Shown: positions 60,828-64,000 of the stretch, one piece after another
How the letters are laid out: each line of letters begins with the position of its first letter
Position numbering within the stretch: the first letter of the stretch is position 1
Assembly (NCBI RefSeq): GCF_039541115.1
Contig: NZ_BAABFP010000002.1
Span: forward strand, 1,116,001-1,180,000
Direction of reading: 5' to 3'
Length of the DNA stretch: 64,000 nt
DNA from: Angustibacter luteus
GTDB taxonomy: Bacteria; Actinomycetota; Actinomycetes; Actinomycetales; Angustibacteraceae
Translations under genes and position numbers: made by a program
The notes under the pieces: generated by a model
What the model saw: the letters and a program-made list of their open reading frames with translations, nothing else
Database searches by the model: none
What the model was told of the DNA's origin: nothing

Positions 60828-61740
60828 CCGCAGCGACGCGCACCAGGCGCAGGTCGAGATCGACGGCCGCCGGCTGAAGCTGAGCAACCTGGACAAGGTG
60901 CTGTACGCCTCGACGGGCACCACCAAGGCGGAGATCATCGACTACTACGCCAAGGTCGCGCCGGTCATGCTGCCCCTGCTGGCCCACCGCCCGGTGAGCC
61001 GGTTCCGGTGGCCGAACGGGGTGGAGGCGGCGTCCTTCGTCGAGAAGGCGATGCCGAAGGGCGCGCCCGACTGGGTGGCGACCGTGACGCTCGACGCACC
61101 CGGGTCCTCGCGCGAGCGGATCACCTACCCCGTGGTCGACGGCCTGCCGACCCTGGTCTGGCTGGCCAACCTCGCGGCCCTGGAGCTGCACGTGCCGCAG
61201 TGGACCGTCGGCCCCCGTGGCGGCCAGCGCGACCCGGACCGGCTCGTCGTGGACCTCGACCCCGGCGCGCCCGCGGGACTGCCCGAGTGCGCCGAGGTCG
61301 CCCTCCTGGTCCGCGAACGGCTCGCCTCCGACGGCCTGGAGTGCGTCCCGGTGACCAGTGGCAGCAAGGGGCTCCAGCTGTACGCGCCGCTGTCCGGCGA
61401 GCAGGACGCCGACGTCGTCCGGGAGTACGCGCGGCGGCTGGCCGAGTCCCTGGCCTCGGACCACCGCAGCCTCGTCGTCTCGTCCATGGCGAAGGCGTTG
61501 CGCCCCAAGAAGGTCCTGCTCGACTGGAGCCAGAACCACCACGCGAAGACCACCATCTGCCCGTACTCCCTGCGCGGTCGCCCGCAGCCGAACGCCGCCG
61601 CCCCCCGCACCTGGGACGAGATCGAGGACGGCGGCTCCCTCAAGCAGCTGCCCTACCAGGAGGTCCTGGACCGCCTCGACGACCTCGCCCCCGTCACGGC
61701 AAGCCTCCTGGTGCCCGGGCCTCGCGTCCCTCCGTCCTGA
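60817..61740 (+). CDS. LigD polymerase/primase domain protein (stand-alone)
   Basis: SNLDKVLY, RWPNG, DLDP, SGSKGLQ, DWSQN, PYSLR. Confidence 0.9.
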   Translation: MSPDRSDAHQAQVEIDGRRLKLSNLDKVLYASTGTTKAEIIDYYAKVAPVMLPLLAHRPVSRFRWPNGVEAASFVEKAMPKGAPDWVATVTLDAPGSSRERITYPVVDGLPTLVWLANLAALELHVPQWTVGPRGGQRDPDRLVVDLDPGAPAGLPECAEVALLVRERLASDGLECVPVTSGSKGLQLYAPLSGEQDADVVREYARRLAESLASDHRSLVVSSMAKALRPKKVLLDWSQNHHAKTTICPYSLRGRPQPNAAAPRTWDEIEDGGSLKQLPYQEVLDRLDDLAPVTASLLVPGPRVPPS

Positions 61741-61843
61741 GTGCTCTCGCGACGTGCGGGCGGACACCGATGAGAACTGGCCGCGGCACGAGTCTGAGTA
61801 CGGTCCGGTGAAGGCGCCGCGCGCATCAGGGGAGAGCAACGAG

Positions 61844-62413
61844 ATGAGACCACTTCGCTACTCGATCAACGTCACCCTCGACGGCTGCTGCCATCACGAG
61901 GCAGGGATCCCGCCCGACGAGGAGTCGATGCGCTACTGGACCGCTGAGATGGAACGAGCCGACGCCCTGCTCTTCGGCCGGGTGACCTACGAGATGATGG
62001 AGTCGGCGTGGCGGCGGCCGGCCACGGGCACGTGGCCGGACTGGATGACCGAGTGGGAGACCCCCTTCGCCGAGGCCATCGACCGGACGAAGAAGTACGT
62101 CGTGTCGAGCAGGCTCAGCGGGGTCGACTGGAATGCCGAGCTGGTGCAAGGCGACCTCGGGGAAGCGGTTCGGCGGCTCAAGCAGGAGCCAGGCGAGGGA
62201 CTGTCCGTGGGCGGCGTGACCCTCCCCCTCGCGTTGGCAGACCTGGGGCTGATCGACGAGTACGAGTTCCTCGTGCAGCCCGTCCTGGCCGGGAACGGGC
62301 CGACGTTGCTCGCCGGTCTGCGTGAACGCATCCAGCTCGAGCTCGTGCATCGCCATGAGTTCCGGTCAGGGGCGGTCGCCCTGCGATACCGGCCCACGCA
62401 GGCAACGGCTTGA
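61844..62413 (+). CDS. dihydrofolate reductase / RibD C-terminal family protein
   Basis: INVTLDG, LLFGRVTYE, KYVVS, GLIDEY..VQPVLAG. Confidence 0.85.
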   Translation: MRPLRYSINVTLDGCCHHEAGIPPDEESMRYWTAEMERADALLFGRVTYEMMESAWRRPATGTWPDWMTEWETPFAEAIDRTKKYVVSSRLSGVDWNAELVQGDLGEAVRRLKQEPGEGLSVGGVTLPLALADLGLIDEYEFLVQPVLAGNGPTLLAGLRERIQLELVHRHEFRSGAVALRYRPTQATA

Positions 62414-62527
62414 CGTGAGGCGGACCGGCGCGTCGGCCGGTGCATCACCTGATCCACCAGCTGGCCGGATACCTGGGTGCTGGCGCGATGCTGGCTGTCG
62501 GGGGCGATCGACGCAAGGGTGGCCGGC

Positions 62528-63367
62528 ATGAGCGATCGGCGGGTGGCCCTGGTGACCGGTACGTCGTCCGGGATCGGCTTGGAGGTGGCCCTGGGACTGG
62601 CCCGGCGGGGCGTGCACGTCGTGGCGACGGCGAGGGACGTCGCCAAGGGCGCTGGTCTGCTCGCCGCCGCCACGCAGGAGGGACTGACCGTCGAGCTGCG
62701 CGCCCTGGATGTGACCGTTCCGGAGCAGGCCGAGGCCTGCGTGACCGCGGTCGTGGCCGATCACGGCCGGCTCGACGTGTTGGTCAACAACGCCGGTCGC
62801 GGCAAGGTCGCGACGCTCGAGCAGCTGGACGACGGCGAGCTGCAGGAGCAGCTGGAGGTGAACTACCTCTCGGTGGCCCGGCTGACCAGGCTGGTGCTCC
62901 CCGTGATGCGGTCGGCCGGCCGCGGGCGGGTCGTGACCGTCACCAGTGTCGGCGGTGTGGTCGGCCAGCCGTTCGCGGACGCCTACTGCGGCGCGAAGTT
63001 CGCGGTCGAGGGGCTGATGCAGTCACTGGCGCCGGTGGTCGCACGGTTCGGCGTCGAGGTGGCGGTGGTCGAGCCAGCGGCGGTCGCCAGCGAGTTCGTG
63101 CGGAACACCGGCGCCGCCGACACCGGCAGCCCGTTGGACGACGACTACGCGCCGCTGCTCCAGGCGTACCTGCACCGCACGGGCCGCTCGTTCGCCACGG
63201 CGCAGCCGTCGAAGGAGGCCGCCGCCGTGGTGGTCGAGGCAGCGCTGACCGAGCAGCCTCGGTTCCGCTGGCAGACGTCGCCCTCCGCAGAGGGCTTCGC
63301 CGGGTTGTCGCTGGCCGATCTGTCTGGCGAGCGGGTGCTGGACCAGACGCGGACCTGGTTGACCTGA
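62528..63367 (+). CDS. short-chain dehydrogenase/reductase
   Basis: TGTSSGIG, NNAG, YCGAK. Confidence 0.9.
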   Translation: MSDRRVALVTGTSSGIGLEVALGLARRGVHVVATARDVAKGAGLLAAATQEGLTVELRALDVTVPEQAEACVTAVVADHGRLDVLVNNAGRGKVATLEQLDDGELQEQLEVNYLSVARLTRLVLPVMRSAGRGRVVTVTSVGGVVGQPFADAYCGAKFAVEGLMQSLAPVVARFGVEVAVVEPAAVASEFVRNTGAADTGSPLDDDYAPLLQAYLHRTGRSFATAQPSKEAAAVVVEAALTEQPRFRWQTSPSAEGFAGLSLADLSGERVLDQTRTWLT

Positions 63368-63438
63368 GCCCGAGCTCGGCGCAGGGACGGCGTCGTACCC
63401 GAGCCGGCGAGGAGCGCGTCTCGTGCATGCTGCAAGGC

Positions 63439-64000
63439 ATGCATCGCGACGAAGTGCCGGTCGAGGTCCTGGCCGACGTGGTGAGGGCGGTCGGGGCGGA
63501 GGTCACTCTTCTCGGTCGGCTACCCGGAGGCGTCAATGCTGGTGCCGTGCGCGTCCAGCTGGCCGGACGGGCAGACGCCGTGCTCAAAGCAGTGCCCCGG
63601 ACACACCCCGGTCAGCTTGACGAGACGTTGCGCAGCCAGAGAGTGGTCGCGCACATGCGCGGACGCGGCTATCCCACCCCGGCCTGGCTCGGCGTGGGGG
63701 CAACGCCCACTCACGTATGGCATCTGATGGACTTCGTTGATGCGGTCCCTGCGCCCGAGCTGACCCCGGCCCTCGTCGAGCAGCTCATGGAGATCATCGA
63801 GCTCCAGGCTGGCCAAGCCACCGAGGACTACGACCACTGGGGGTACGCCTGGCGGGTCGCTACCGGTCAGGAGCCGGCTGTCGCCGGGCTCTCGCGGTAC
63901 TCCGCCGTGGTGTCGGCCTTGGTTGAGCGCCTGCGGCTCGCGTGCGCCGACGTCCCAGCACCACACGAGGCACCCGACATGGTCCACACGGATCTCAACC
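63439..64000 (+). CDS. aminoglycoside-phosphotransferase/choline-kinase-like protein, partial (runs off the window end)
   Basis: Manual translation MHRDEVPVEVL...GRLPGGVNAGAVRV...AVLK...GYPTP...MVHTDLN (Brenner-type HxDxN); not in the ORF track. Confidence 0.7.
   Translation, partial: MHRDEVPVEVLADVVRAVGAEVTLLGRLPGGVNAGAVRVQLAGRADAVLKAVPRTHPGQLDETLRSQRVVAHMRGRGYPTPAWLGVGATPTHVWHLMDFVDAVPAPELTPALVEQLMEIIELQAGQATEDYDHWGYAWRVATGQEPAVAGLSRYSAVVSALVERLRLACADVPAPHEAPDMVHTDLN

Overview
High-GC actinobacterial chromosomal segment with no rRNA, tRNA, CRISPR array, integrase or transposase visible. The backbone is a conserved actinobacterial gene run: HAD-IB hydrolase, BldN-type sigma factor and RsbN-like anti-sigma, acyltransferase, epimerase, bS22, excisionase-like HTH, acuC, trkH/trkA, proC and proline dehydrogenase, ABC/TetR, ppx, radA, disA, mutY and clpC. 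Accessory blocks are inserted into it: secreted proteases with a shared C-terminal module, cell-wall lipoproteins, two helical-repeat GGDEF proteins, a deaminase-GNAT fusion, ABC exporters, a CebR-type cellobiose/beta-glucoside operon and split NHEJ genes (ku, ligase, polymerase). The most unusual signal is at 54.2-58.8 kb. Two paralogous, uncharacterised XRE-type regulators are each followed by the same promoter/operator block at an exact 3,490-bp offset. One copy precedes an M4 protease gene. The other precedes only a ~90-nt ORF-less two-hairpin sequence, a candidate regulated small RNA or the remnant of a lost target gene. Several sigma-factor and regulator motifs are readable directly: BldN-type, RecA-NDp/PafBC-type, ClgR-type, CebR-type and a back-to-back ECF promoter pair. 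All calls come from reading the sequence; no database searches were run.
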